A stretch of 64,000 nucleotides of DNA from Camelus dromedarius (lineage: Eukaryota), in NCBI RefSeq assembly GCF_036321535.1, contig NC_087447.1:35776001-35840000 (forward strand), read 5' to 3'. Below, piece after piece: positions 1 to 12,664 of this stretch. How positions within the stretch are numbered: position 1 is the stretch's first letter; the number at the start of each line of letters is the position of its first letter. Position numbers and translations under genes: made by a program. A model generated the notes under the pieces. The model was given only the letters and a program-made list of their open reading frames with translations. It was not told the origin of the DNA and did not search any database.

Positions 1-182
1 GCACCAGGCTGCACTCACAGCGACTCAGGACTGGTCCTCCTCCTCCAGGCCTGCCGCACCCCTCCTCAGCCCACCTATCCCTGCCTGCAGGCCGCCCCTC
101 TGCACACACAACCTCCACCCGAGGGAGGGAAGGCAGAGGGTTAAAGCCCCAACTACGGAGCCTCCGGGAGGAGACTGAACTA

Positions 183-275
183 TTCCCTCCTTCTTTCTCT
201 CCTTCCTTCATTCCTTCCTTCCTTTCTTCCTCCCTCTTTCCCTCTCTCCACCTTCCCTCCCTGCTTCCTCCCTCC
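183..275. repeat. Degenerate (CCTT)n polypyrimidine tract
   Basis: Almost exclusively C/T with ttcc units. Confidence 0.8.
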
Positions 276-1461
276 TGCAAACATTTCTGAGGACCCTCCG
301 GGTACTGTGCTAGTGGCTGTCAGGGTTACAGCCGCTCTGTGGAGCTAGACACTAGACAAGGGCACTAGACAAGGGGTGGTTTGCTGATTTGCCAGGTTTC
401 AGTTTTCTTGGTCCTGATCCTCACAGAATCCTGAAGAGTCAGAATTGGTGGATGTGGGGACATTGAGCCCAAGCCACGGAGGGGAAAACTGTCCCAGAGA
501 TGGGAAGGGGCTTGCCCAGAGGCCCAGAGCTGGGCTCTGCTGTCTTCTCTTGTCTCCACAAGAGCCTGCTTCTAGAGAATGGGGCTTGCTGCTGCGTGGA
601 TCCCCTCCAACAGGGTCCTGCAGGGTCAGTCCCCAAATCCAGAGCAGGTGTTCTAAGTCCCTGCCTGCCACGCTGGCTGTGCTGTGGGCAAGTGAATTAA
701 CGCCTCTAGGCTGTGAGGGATGAACAGTGTGTGAAAGGCCCCCTCCCCTGTGTTCCCTAGAGGGACTGTGTAGCATTCCTGTTAGACCTCCCTGGGAAGC
801 TGGGAGAAGATATGGGGTAACTGGAGGATGAATTCATTATTAATGTCAACAACAACTGTTATTTATCAAGGACTTAAACTCCATGCCAAGCAAGATGTTA
901 AGTAGGCCCTCTACCTGCTGGTTTTATTAAATCCCAAGAAAGCCTTGTGAACTGTGAATTCATTCATTCGACAGCTAATGTTACTGAGGGCCCTCCATGT
1001 GCCAGGCACTGTTCTAGCCACTGGGTACACAACAGGGAACAAAAGGACAAAAACTCTGTCCTCATGGAGCTTACATTCAAGTGGCATGGGGGTGGTGCCA
1101 AACATAATGAACAAGCAAATTCCACAACAGGTTAGAAAGCAATGACATTGTTATCCCCATTTTACAGATGACATAAGTGAGGCCGAGAGTCACATGATGG
1201 TGGGTGTGGGAGGCAGGATTGGAGCCCAGGCTCTTAACCACTGCACAGCCAGCCCCAGGGAGTGGGCTCGGGGCAGACCAGAGGGGAAGAGCATTAAGTC
1301 CCTCGCTGGGTGACTCAGGCAAGTCACTTTCCACTTCCCACTTCCCTCTGGGTCTCAGCTTCCTCCTTTGTGAAGAATGGGGTTGGTCTAGATCAAGGTC
1401 TCAATCATTTGTCCTGAAGTCCTCTTAACAGGGGAGAGGCTGAAAGCCAGAACCTGAAGTA

Positions 1462-1630
1462 CAGTCATCCCTTGGTACCCACCGTGGGCGGATACCAAAT
1501 CCACGATGCTCAAGTCTTTTACATAAAATGGCCCAGTATAGCGGCTATCCATATCCATAGGTTTCACATCTGAAGTTCCACCCATGATTGGTTGAATGTG
1601 TGGATGTGGAACTGTGCATACAGAAGACTG
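1462..1630. mobile_element. MER2/Tigger-type TcMar DNA transposon, short internally deleted copy
   Basis: TA|CAGTC...GACTG|TA terminal inverted repeats with TA target duplication; internal GGATACCAAATCCACGATGCTCAAGTC resembles recalled MER2. Confidence 0.75.
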
Positions 1631-4033
1631 TAGAAAGTTTTACCTTAAACAATCAAGTGGTTTTCACCTTTTATTCTTTAAATTTTATTTCTCTTTTAAA
1701 CTCTCTGTTCAGGAGGCACACTGGCACAGTTCAGATACAGGTTGTTGTGAGGATTAAATGAATTATTACACATGAAGGACTTAGAACAGTGCCCAGCACA
1801 TGGTAGGTGCTACAAAAGGGTGAGCTATTATAATTAATAAATAAGTAACCTCTCCCAAAAATCTTTAGATGAAGTTGATACTTCAGTGAGATGTGCCAGG
1901 TTGTGGTTCGTGTCCCTTTAGTACATCCCATAGGACATCAAGACCCCGAGAGTGAGAGGCTCAGGCCTAAATGACTGCTGAGTCCTCCTCTCTGTGACAT
2001 TTTCTGCTCTCTATTTCTTCCCATTACAATCTTTCCCATCCTTCAAGGCCAAATTCAAGGGACACTTCCTCCATGTTGCCACCCCAGATCTCACCTGGAA
2101 GGCACTTTCTCTTCTGTTGCCCCAGTACCCTGGGCATGGCACAGGGAAGGAGAACAGGATGAGGGTGAGAGCCTGGACCCTCGCTGGGCCCTGCCCCCAG
2201 CTGCCCAGGAGACCCAGGTCTGACTGAGATGGAGGCTGGCCTTCACAGCCTCGGGGCATCCTGTTCACAGTGACATTCTCCAAAGCCAGGCTTCTCCAGG
2301 GTTCTGCTTAACATACCATAAAACCACTGGAAAATCAACACCCACTTTGGACTAGACCTTACTTACTAGACTAAAATATTGACTGGGGAACAGAAAATTC
2401 CCACTAAGCTGATATTGCATCTCAGAGTTTGTAAGACATCCTTCCTTCTTCAAGCAGGACCACACAGATCTGGGGGGGGGGGTCAGGAAGGTCTAGGGAG
2501 GAAGTGTTCTCTTTTGGGGTGATGGGGGTGCTTCCGGCCCTCCTGTGGCCTGGTCCCTGGCTCCTCACTGCCAGATTTCCTTATGGAGTGATGTCATTCT
2601 TCCTGGCTTCTCCTACTGTACCCCCACTCACACCACTGTGAACACCACCTCAGCTGGAGATGCTGGCTGTGCCTGGGCTGGGCAGGAGCTAAGGTGGCCC
2701 TCCCCTCTTCAAAGCCCTTCCCTGCTGCCCTCAGCACAAAGGCTCAACTTCTGAAGTTGGCTTTTAAGACCCTCTCTGGCTCTTTCCAACCCCCCAGGGA
2801 AACATGCTTCATCCTAAGATGCCTCTCCTAACTCCCCAAGACTAAGTTAGGGGCTCCTCCTTCCCACAGGCATTGTAACTGTTTTTGACCTGTCTATGCC
2901 CTGGATGGGACTGTCGTCTTCAGTGGGCAGGGATGGTGTCTCTTACATCACTGACTCCCCTGTGCTCAGCTCTGTGCCCAGCATGGGAATGGGGATCAGT
3001 GAAAGGAAGGGAGGCAAGGAGAGAGGGAGGGAGAAAGAGAGAGGGAGGGAAAAAGAGAGAGAGATGATTACCCTCACAACTAGATAAATCACAGACAGAC
3101 TGTGAGAATCTGGGAACTAACATTCTTAGATTGGGATGAATGCTCTGAGACATGTCTTGGTTCAAGACATCAGTCGATGCTGGGACTGGCTGTAAGGACC
3201 GTCCCTGTGATTACGGAGGTACTGACTAGATGAGGCCAACAGGATTTGTGGGGAGAAACCCAGATCACAGTGACCACACACTACGACACGCACAAATGAC
3301 CACAGAAGAGAAGGCTTCCTAGCACTATTGAACTGAGGCCTTGACTGGCTCAGGGCCCAACACAAACACCACTCGGGGTCACTCTCCACCAGGCAAGGTC
3401 CTGCCACCCCTCAGGCACTACTGAACTCTGAGGAGAAGACAGTGGCTGCTACGGCTAAGCCCTTCAGGTCTGCTGGCAGTCGGAGACCCAGAAGGCTGGC
3501 TGGTTCCAGGTGTGCCTCCGTCTGTGTGACCGGCCAGCCCAGAACCTACATCACAGCCTGAGCAAATCAGGAGCCAGCCCCTCCCCACTCACAAGAGAAG
3601 GTCTCACTGGAGTCAATATATCAGCCAGCTCCCCTCCGGCATTTTAAGTCTATCCAGTCTGAAAAGCGGAGAGGAGGAGACAGAGGAGGGGTGAAGAGGA
3701 GGGAGAGAGAAGGGAGAATAAGGAGAGGTGCGGGGAGAAGAAGTAGAGGCTGCTCCCACCCAGCTCTGCTGGAACAAACTGTCGTATAAGGCGAGGAACA
3801 AAGGTACATCTGGACCTTGGTCTCCCTGGTTTTTTCAGGAAGAAGATGGAAGGTGTCTCTTCGAAGGGGCTAAAAGCCTGACTCCAAACCCTGTTTCAGC
3901 TGGGAAAGGGCACCTATTGGAGCCCTGAGTTTCTCCAGCCACTGCCAATGGCTTAGGCCTCAACATCCTCCCCTCCTCCGGCACCTGCCTCCCTCCACCA
4001 AGGGCTGGAATGGGGCCAGAGGGTGGGCCTTAC

Positions 4034-4201
4034 CGTGGGCCTTGGCCTTGTACAGCGCAGCCGTCAGCAGGAAGTTCACGATGTCCCCCAGCGCCACATC
4101 CTCTGCACTCACCAGGACCACGGCACCGCCTGCCACCTTCCTGGCCACCAGGGCACCACCGGCTGCCAAGCTGGCCAGCTGGTAGGGGCCCTTGCCTAGT
4201 G
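4034..4201 (-). CDS. OTOG: OTOG exon 32, start of AbfB-like domain ([22 protein letters not shown]...[12 protein letters not shown])
   Basis: Acceptor tctccag, donor gtaagg; 168 nt. The next exon was not found in 1-4033. Confidence 0.93.
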
Positions 4202-5251
4202 CTGGAGAGAGGGGGTCCAGTTTAAGCCCTGCCTCCCTGGGCCTTTACCATCCCTATCTGCCCAGCCCTGCAAGAGGTGGGAAGAGAGCTACGCTTGGTC
4301 ACTTCTCACCCTAGACCCCAGGGACCCTGATTTCCTTGATGAGGAGAAGGGATGGGAGCCCCAGGCTGCTGGCCCCTGATGGGAACTGACCCTCTGCACA
4401 GCACCGGAATCATTTCACAGGAATATTGGAAGCAAGGACACCCCTGGAAGGCATCTGAGCCCCCACACAGCTGTCTCTCCATGGCCCTGTTGCCCTGCCT
4501 GAGACTCTGCCATTCCAGCCACTGAGCTCTTCCAGGTCGCCTCTGGGAGAAGACATTAAGACCTGGTCTCTGCTCACCTGAGGTCTGAAGGATAACCGGG
4601 AAGGCTTGGGTTCAGCATTAATGTTTATCTACTTATTTCAGACACAGACACTTTTGTGTCTCTCAGATTCTGCAGTTTTCAGTACAGGCTGGACAGGGGC
4701 ATGGGTTTCCCAGGCAACTGCAACCTTCTAACTGACCTCCCCATTTCTGGTGTGCCCCCTCCTCCAGAGCCTGTTCCCCATTGTGGTGCCCAAGTCACCT
4801 TTCTAACCACACTCCTCAATGGTTCCCCTTTGCCTTCAGGAATAGAATCCAAGAACCCAGCTTGAATTCAGGGGCCCTTCATGGCCCAACTCTGCCCACC
4901 TCCCCACCTCCCACACCCCTGCCCCTGCCACACTGAACTTCTCTTGCTCTTCTCTCATAAGAGCCATGTGGTATCCCACCTCCCTCGTGTCTCCACTCGC
5001 GCTGTCCCACCCACTTGGCAAGGTCCTTCGGTTCTGTGCCTGGGGAGAACGCCTACTCCATCTCTGGGGCCCAGCTCAAATGTCACCTCCTTGGTGAAGC
5101 GCTCCCTGCACCCACTCACACCACACAGGCACCTCCTCCCTCCTCCTGTGCTCCCCCAGCTGTCGGAGCACGGCCCACGCTGGTCACACCTCTGACAAGG
5201 AGGAGCTTGACCAGAGGTCCATGTCTGTCTCCCCGACCAGACAGGACGCAG

Positions 5252-5444
5252 GCAGTGCTGTGCTGGGAAATGGTTAGCAACCAGCTCTTAAAAAACGAAC
5301 AAACAAAACCCCATTTGGTAATGTTTGTTGATTTCCATGGTGTAAATACTCCCACCAGCAGTCAACTTCAAACTATCAACTGAATGTGAAGAGCACACAA
5401 TCGGTTCTAGACAGAAAGCGTGGGCTGCCCCAGCGCACCACCGG
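5252..5444. mobile_element. MER63A-like hAT DNA transposon
   Basis: Ends cagtgctgtgctgg...ccagcgcaccaccgg form inverted repeats; internal GGTGTAAATACTCCCACCA matches recalled MER63. Confidence 0.7.
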
Positions 5445-6703
5445 GACGGCACATTAACTGTTGAGTCCCCGCCACCTGGCCAGGGCCTGGACCAGAGAAA
5501 ATGTTGGCAGAAATGCAGAGAAGGAATGGGTGGGTGGATGGGTGGGTGGAGGATGCTAGAAACAGCTTGTCCTTTGCCAGTTACTGCCACCCAAAATGCC
5601 ACAAAAGGGAGAAAACTCTGCTCAGAGCTATCTTGCTGAAATGTCTTGCCTGGTGTCAGACAGACCTCACTTGTGCAGAGACTGCAATCCTCCCATTACA
5701 GATTCGTGCCTTTAGAGGTTAAAGGTCTGGGGCCATCAAGAGCCCCTAGTGGCTAACATTTTTGGGGGACTGCAGTCACTGCGAATGGCCATGTTCTATC
5801 CTGGTGCAGCCCTCATCTCACAGGGCCCCTAACTGGTATCCTTGTGTCTAGTCAGTCCTCCACTGTTTTACCCACTATATTCTCTCCAGGGGATGTTTTT
5901 CAAACCAAAATCTGATATTGTAGGCAACTAAGGATGGAGCCTTGGGCTTATACCCATATAGGCCTGCTCCTGGCAAGATGGTGCCTGAAAGGCAGGGGCA
6001 GAGGGAACCTGAGAAGTCAAAGGTGAATGGCAGGGACTTGAAGGGCATCTAACTCGGCCAACTTGGCCCCAACTGCACAAAGATCAGTGCTGGAAACTAT
6101 TCCTAGACATCTCTCTCCCCTCTGCACCCCCAACCCTAGGGACGAAGTTAACTAATTTGTTCTAACACTTGACATTAACTTCCCTGGAGTCTTTAGTCAT
6201 GACGTGGTTAATGCAGAAGTTGGAGCACATCCTGGTACCCTGCGACTTTGCGTGAACTTGAAGAAGAATCTGGGCCATAGGTTTTGCCCCAGCCACCCTC
6301 CAGAAGAGCAGTTTGAATTTGCCTTTGCCAACTCAAAACTTCAGGAAACCCAAGATGGTATCCCACGGGCCTAATGAGCTAGATTATAAAGGCCGTGGGG
6401 TGGACTGTTGGTGTAGATGGGTTTTTCACTTCCTGGTGAAGCTGCCCTGCGTGAGCACATCCCCAAGAAGCTAGCCTGGCCTGGGCTCTGGACAGAGGCT
6501 GCAGGAGCTGCTAGAAACAGAGTTCCGGGGCATTCCCGGGCGTGCACTGTCAGGGCTCTCTCTGCATGCTGGAGTCTTCCTGTCCCACATCACTGCTCTT
6601 CCAGGGCTGACAGGGCCTCAGGATGGCTGACACTGTTGTGGCACCAGAGCAGGGCAGGCAGTGCCCCAGCTCCCAAGGCTCCACTTGGGGAGGATGAGCT
6701 CAC

Positions 6704-6730
6704 CTTTGTTAAAGAAGTCACAGTCGTATG
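6704..6730 (-). CDS. OTOG: OTOG exon 31, 27-nt microexon (PYDCDFFNK)
   Basis: Acceptor tctctttcag, donor AAG|gtgagc; phase 1-1. Confidence 0.9.
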
Positions 6731-7201
6731 CTGAAAGAGAGAAAACAGAGACTTCTTGAGAAGGCTGGGAGAGATGGACAAGGACAAGGACCCTGGCATC
6801 CCAGCTCTCCCACCTTCTCCAAGGTGGCCTGCCTCCCAAACTTCAAAATTCAGATATGGTCATTGGATCTAGATGTCTTAAGGTGTAGGAAATACAATGG
6901 CTCCTCTCTGTGCCCCTAGCACAAAGCTCAAAGAGCGGTCTGGAGTAGGCATTCAGTATGTCTTGAATGAATGAATGAATGAATGCTGAATAGAAGAGTG
7001 TTTTGTGTGGCCCCAAAGTGGGGGAATAGAATCAAGGGGTGGAATATCCAATCAGAAATGTTGCAGAAGGTCCTGGAGGAATGTAAGCACAGAAGTCTCG
7101 GGTGGGAAGGGACTAGGGCCTCCAGGATCCTAGCCTTTTTCAGGCCCCTGGGTATAGTTTCCATCAGGCTGTGACAAGCTTCCTCCAAGTGTGTGCTCCA
7201 T

Positions 7202-7215
7202 GCGCCCTCTAGTGG
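7202..7215 (-). promoter_or_regulatory. Candidate CTCF binding site
   Basis: Minus strand reads CCACTAGAGGGCGC, matching the CTCF core CCASYAGRKGGCR, with its CpG retained. Confidence 0.6.
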
Positions 7216-7752
7216 CACAGCACAGAACCACAGCCTGTTCCCCTGGCATCTCAGCCAGGGAGTCCTCAGTCCACTGAGGTAAGCCAGGGGCATTGCAGGG
7301 AGCACCAAAAGGCAGGAGCAACACCATGAGGAGCCAGCCGACCCAGTGGATCTGGAATAAAAGTTGAGAAGGGGCCACCCTCACTCACAGGATCAACACT
7401 ATTCCTTTGCATTTGGCATTGCCCTTTGGAAAGAGCACTAGGAACCAGGAGATTGACCCACCATGTGGCTATGGGCAAGTATGTGCTTTTCCTTACTCGT
7501 GGACTCAGAAGATTAAACTTGAAAAGATCTCCAAGTCTCTGGTTTCTAGCATATACCAAGTCAATGACAGGCCGCCTGGAGAAGTCGCCAAGAGCCAGCT
7601 CTCTAGAGACCCGCAGACCTATGTTCAAATCCCATCTCCCTCACTCATCTGCTGTGCATATTGGGACAAGTTACTCAACCTCTCTGAAATTTAGTGTCCT
7701 CCCCTATAGGATGGAGACCACCACTAGTATCTGCCCCATGGACTTGTGAAGC

Positions 7753-8156
7753 CTGGACTAGAGTAAGGCAAGTGCTCACCTCAGGTGCAAAATTTAAGGG
7801 GACATCAGAAATCTCAAGAATGAGGACATTAATATTTTACTACGATTTTTAAAATTTTAAAGTTAACACAAAATATCCACAATGAACAAAATATCAAAAT
7901 TTTAAAATAAAGACAAGAGCAGTGACAGGACCTTGCTGAGCCACACTGGAGCCCAAGGCAAAAGGAAAAATCAATAATATTGAATCCATCATTAATCAAA
8001 ATTTTGATATTTTGACTATTGAAGGTGTTTTTGCATTGGTTTTAATTTTTTTTAATATTGTCTTAAAATGTGATTTATCTTGATAACTGAGTTTTGTGTT
8101 ATCCTCTTAAGTCTTATGCTCCAGGCACTGACCTCACTGGCTTCACCCCAGTCCTG
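7753..8156. mobile_element. MER96B-like palindromic MITE inserted in a MIR
   Basis: Long imperfect inverted arms (ctggactagagtaaggcaagtg ... cactggcttcaccccagtcctg; aaaatatcaaaattt vs aaattttgatatttt); MIR-like sequence on both sides (about 7580-7750 and 8157-8230). Confidence 0.75.
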
Positions 8157-8634
8157 AATATTAAATGAGTTAATGCATGGAAAGCACAGGGCCTGGCACA
8201 CAGTAGATCCTCAGTAAATGTGTGTTCCTTTATCCTTCCTGAAAGATTTTATCAGAGAAGTAGAGGGAGAAGCAGACTGCATTAGGACACAGGGCATTTT
8301 TGTTGGAAGGGTCTCAGGGTAAACCACAGAGAAAAAGGAAGTCAAAGGCAGATTCTGCTCTACTTTCTTCCTAAGGTCACTCTGCCTGAAGCCCTGAGGG
8401 CTCGGGACATGCCAGCACCCATGTCCCCATGGTGCAAGCCCAGGTATAGAACAGAGTTCTGTGCCAAGTACGTTATGTGCACTCTCTCACTGAAATCGCA
8501 CAGTCCCCTGCAAGGACAGTACAGATCTCTTAACCCTCAGGTACAACTCAGAGTGTAAGAAACATGCCCCATGTCACCTCACTTGGTGGAACTTGAGTCT
8601 GAACCCAGACGTCTGGCCCAGCACCTGTACAACC

Positions 8635-8889
8635 ATTGTACCCCAAAGTGAGGCGTCTTGCACCAGGAAGATCTTTGGTGTGCAGGAATGAATAATAATC
8701 AATTAATTAATCATTTACATTTCTATGTATTTTATTTCATCTTTTAAATATTTACTTTTGTATCTGCTTTGTGATAAACACTTACGCTACTAACAGCATA
8801 CATACGTATGTCTGTGTGTATGTATGTGAGCTCAAAATGTTTTTACTTGATAGAATTGTGCAACCAAAAGCATTTGCAGACCACCACTG
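8635..8889. mobile_element. Old hAT-Charlie-type DNA transposon remnant
   Basis: Ends resemble Charlie TIRs (ccccaaagtg... / ...gaccaccactg) around an AT-rich core; family uncertain. Confidence 0.4.
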
Positions 8890-8959
8890 CTCTAAAAAAG
8901 ACTGCTATCTGGTGCTGCCTCTGATGGGCCCCGTGTGTCTCAGCGGACGAAGGGCTTTC

Positions 8960-9362
8960 ACATTCACTGTCCCTTTTGACCCTCACCATAAACCTGGCGA
9001 GACAGGTCTATTCCTTCTTTTCCGATGAGAAAACTGAGCCCCAGAGAGGTTGGGGGGTTTGTTTGAGGTCACGCAGCTTGCAAATGGCAGCTCTGGGTCT
9101 GAAACCCAGGGCTCCTGACTCCTCCAGTAAAGTGGTTAAGAGTATGGGTTTGCAGCCAGACCAACTGGGGATGAGCCCTGGCCCCACCACCAGCCTGTGT
9201 GACCTTAGGCCTGTTACTTAGTCTCTCTCTCTAACCCGTTTCTCTAACTGTAAATCAGGAATCTGCAGTCCTACTTCACAGAGTAGTTGTAAGAATTCAA
9301 CGAATGATACACATAAGCCAGTTGGTGCCTGGCACATAGTTAAGTACTCAATAAATGCTAAC
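8960..9362. mobile_element. Two adjacent, oppositely oriented MIR SINEs
   Basis: gatgagaaaactgagcccagagagg (minus MIR core) followed by tgtgaccttagg...ctgtaaatcagg...cctggcacatagt (plus MIR). Confidence 0.7.
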
Positions 9363-9403
9363 CAGAGTGAGGGGACTCCACAGGCCTGCCCTCAGACACT
9401 CAC

Positions 9404-9560
9404 GGCAGAGGCGCGGGGTCCTCCAGTCGACGGCCACCCCATGCTGGCAGCACTGGTGGGCGTAGGCGGACACGCTGGCACAGAAGCACTCACAGTCACC
9501 GCCCCGGCTGCACCCACACATGTCTGTCAGGCAGTTTGAGTAAAACCAAGTGACATCGAC
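9404..9560 (-). CDS. OTOG: OTOG exon 30, C8 ([52 protein letters not shown])
   Basis: Acceptor ctccag, donor gtgagt; 157 nt; mucin/VWF D3-type GGDCECFC motif. Confidence 0.96.
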
Positions 9561-10266
9561 CTGGAGGAGGTCAGAAGTCAGAGGTCAGAAGACAGATGCT
9601 GAATGTTAACCCTACAGGTTCTTGGTTGATGCCACTCAGCCTCGGGAGCAGCATAAATGTGAAGGGACCACAGGATGAGGCGAGCTGCCCATGTCAGGTG
9701 AGGGCAGAAAGGCAGCCGGCTCAGAGGGAAATGGTAACTCCACAGTCCAGGCAGACCCCAATGTTGAGAACTAAGCTCTCTCCTTCCCCAGGCCTAGGCT
9801 ATCAGAACCAGCGGCTGGAGGTGCAGCTGAGAAACAGACATGAGGTGTGGACCCCCAGCCAGGGCCAGAGACTGCCAAGGCCTGTCTGACAGCAGCCCTG
9901 AGGCCCTGGCGGGTTCAGGCAGATCTGAGCACTCACTCTCCTCTCTCCCCCGGGGAAGGCCGATGCCACAGCACGAGGGGTCTGTGTTCACCATTCAAAA
10001 GAACTTCCTGATCAGGAGAAAGAGCCAGACTGAGACAGGTGTGAAAAGGGCACAGAAGTTCTGTTTGATTCTCTGTCCCAGGTCATCTGGGGACACAGGA
10101 CAGACTCATCAGAGCAGGCTGGAGGCAGGGGAACGACAGAGATGGGTCTTCCTTCTAGACCTGAGGGGTCTCTCCCAAGGCATGGGGGTGGGGGAGTCTG
10201 AGAGCAGAAGGACTCCCAGGGAGGCAGGAAGGGGGCCAGGGGTGGCCAAGGCCGGGGTCCACGCAC

Positions 10267-10383
10267 CACAGGGTGGCAGGTCTCGAACACCTCACTGAGC
10301 AGGATGCTGCACTCCTTTTTGGCAAACGGTTCTCGGAGAGGATTCAGGACACATGTGTCTCGAGGGTCAAGGGTGTCTGGGCA
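10267..10383 (-). CDS. OTOG: OTOG exon 29 ([39 protein letters not shown])
   Basis: Acceptor cctcag, donor gtgcgt; 117 nt. Confidence 0.95.
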
Positions 10384-10442
10384 CTGAGGGGGCAAAGGCA
10401 GAGTTGTTGACCTCCCTACCCACCAAATGCCTGTTGCCTGAT

Positions 10443-11003
10443 GTGCTGGACAGACTCTTAGAGTGACCCCTTGATCCCCAGCTCCTGGTGTTCATGTCCT
10501 TGTATAGTCCCTTGACCTCAACTGTGGGAGGGACCGAACTGACAAAGTGACAGAAGACAGCAAACGTGAGGGATGGATCTGGTTATGTGTCTGTGATTGC
10601 ATTATCATGTTACATAAGACTGCAGAGCCCATCTGGCTGGAGTCTCCCCCTTGCTGGCTGTGAATGGCAGATGACAGGAGTGGTGGGTGGTCTCTAGTAG
10701 CTAAGGGTCATCCTGGGCCAACAGCTTGCAAAAAAAACTGAAACTCTCAGTTCTATGGCAATAAGGACTGGCTGTTAATAACCACACAAGTAGACAGGGA
10801 AGCAGATTCCACACCATTCAGACTTTCAGATGAGAGCCCAGCCCTGGCTGATACATTAATTGCAGCCTGTGATACACAAAGCCGAGACCAAGTCAACTTG
10901 TGCCCTGACTCCTGACTCACAGAAAGTGAAATAATACCTGTGCATGGTTGGCTGCTCCTAAGCCTGCAGTTATGTTGTTACGCAGCTAAAGAAAACCAAT
11001 ACA
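10443..11003 (+). mobile_element. MLT1-type MaLR solo LTR
   Basis: cagatgagagcccagccctggctgatacatt and the terminal gttacgcagctaaagaaaaccaataca are typical MLT1 3' segments. Confidence 0.75.
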
Positions 11004-12250
11004 GATTTCCTGATGTTGGCTGAATCTTCTCCCTCAGGCCTATATTTTCACTAGAGCCCCCTAGGGTATGCCCAAGGGAATTATTGTGAGAGGGAAATAA
11101 CATCGGGGAGTCAGAGGAGGGAAGCGATAAAGGCTGGTCACCCACTCAGCTACTCTAAAATGGGATGGCTTAGAGCAAACTTTTCTGAGGCTGTGAGAAC
11201 AGCCTTGTCCCACTTCAGGACTACATGGAGCCCCAGGCCATGACTAACCATGACTAACTGTTCCTCTGACCCCAGTCTACATAGGCTTATCTCCATATAG
11301 TCCCCAACAGAGAACTAGGAACATAAGATCACTCAGACCAGGAAAGGCAAATATGTAAAACTCATATCACCACTCTAATGCAGCACCCATAGCAGACATA
11401 ACTAATTGATCACAATTCTTCCAGCTGAGCCAGACACACGTGTTGGTATTTCTCAACACAGCTTCCCAGGCAGCCTCATCTAATTGATCAGATTTGTCAC
11501 ATGAGGTGAAATCTGTTCACTATCCCTCTCCCAGACCCTTCACTTCAGAGGACCACAGAGAAAATGGGACTTATTCAAGGTCACCCAGCAAGTCACTGGA
11601 TGATTTAAGACAAGAACGCAGGTCTCCTTCTCTCAGTTCAGTGTTGTTTCTCCCAATAGCTCACAGTTTGGCAGCCTCAGTAAGACATCTCCCAAACCTC
11701 AGAGGTACCCTCTGTCATTTCTGCCTCTGCTAATATTATTCTCCCTGTCAGAGGCCTTCTCTCTGATACATTCATCCATCCAAAAATGGTCTATCTTTTA
11801 AGTATCACACTAGTCCCACCTCCTTCAGGAAGCCTTCTCTGATTAGCCTCAACCTATGTAGGTCTCTCTTGGTCTCTCCTCTGTTCCAGATCTATCACCA
11901 GGCTCTGGGCGCACAGACATGGGTAAGATGGTCATGCTTCAGCAAACCTCATCTTCCCTACTATATGGTCATCTCTCCTAGGACAGAGACTGTGCCTCTT
12001 TCCCAGTCCCCACCCTCCCACCAGGGTTTGGTCCAGGGCACATGTGCGTCTGATTTGTGCGACTGGACGCTGCATATCCTCAGGCCACAGGATGGAGTCT
12101 AGGGCTGGGGATGCCAAATCAAAGACTGTGAGAGCTGCTGCAGGAGCAGCCTCACACCAAGGCCCCTCCCCTGGCCTGCAGCCAGGCTCTTTCAGTGCTG
12201 ACCAGAGCCCATCCGGGTGAGGGGGGTGAGCCAGCTTAGAGAGGCTTTAC

Positions 12251-12370
12251 CTCGGCTGCAGCCCAACTGCCACCAAACTCCTGGGGGTTAGTTAACTCTA
12301 AGTTCTCCGGGGTCCTCATCTCATTGACCGTTTTTAAGTCAAAGTTCCCACAGAGTCCTGTCAGCAGGCC
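12251..12370 (-). CDS. OTOG: OTOG exon 28 ([40 protein letters not shown])
   Basis: Acceptor tttcag, donor gtaaag; 120 nt. Confidence 0.95.
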
Positions 12371-12664
12371 CTGAAAGAAGAGAGAATGGTCAGTTGCTGG
12401 CGCCCCAGTGGTGAACTTTGGGCAGAGGGGTTGCCATGAGCCCAGGTGTCTGTCATGGGCCCAAAAGCAACTACTGGGGTCACAGTATGCAGAGGGATAG
12501 AAGAGTCAGAGAAGGGGCCTAGAGCGTGCTGGGGCAGATAGGACAGAAGGCGTGATGCTCCTGGCTCTTTGGGGAGGGTACAGCTCTTGCAAGGACACCC
12601 AGTGGCTTGGCTCAGTCCCAGGCAGGAACACAGGGCCCATGAGGGTCACTGCTCATGTGACTAC

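Noticed and set aside
350..375. Short tandem duplications (13 bp here; 14 bp at 36287-36314; 10 bp near 11238)
   Set aside because: Two-copy slippage events without spacers; not array-like and with no functional cue.
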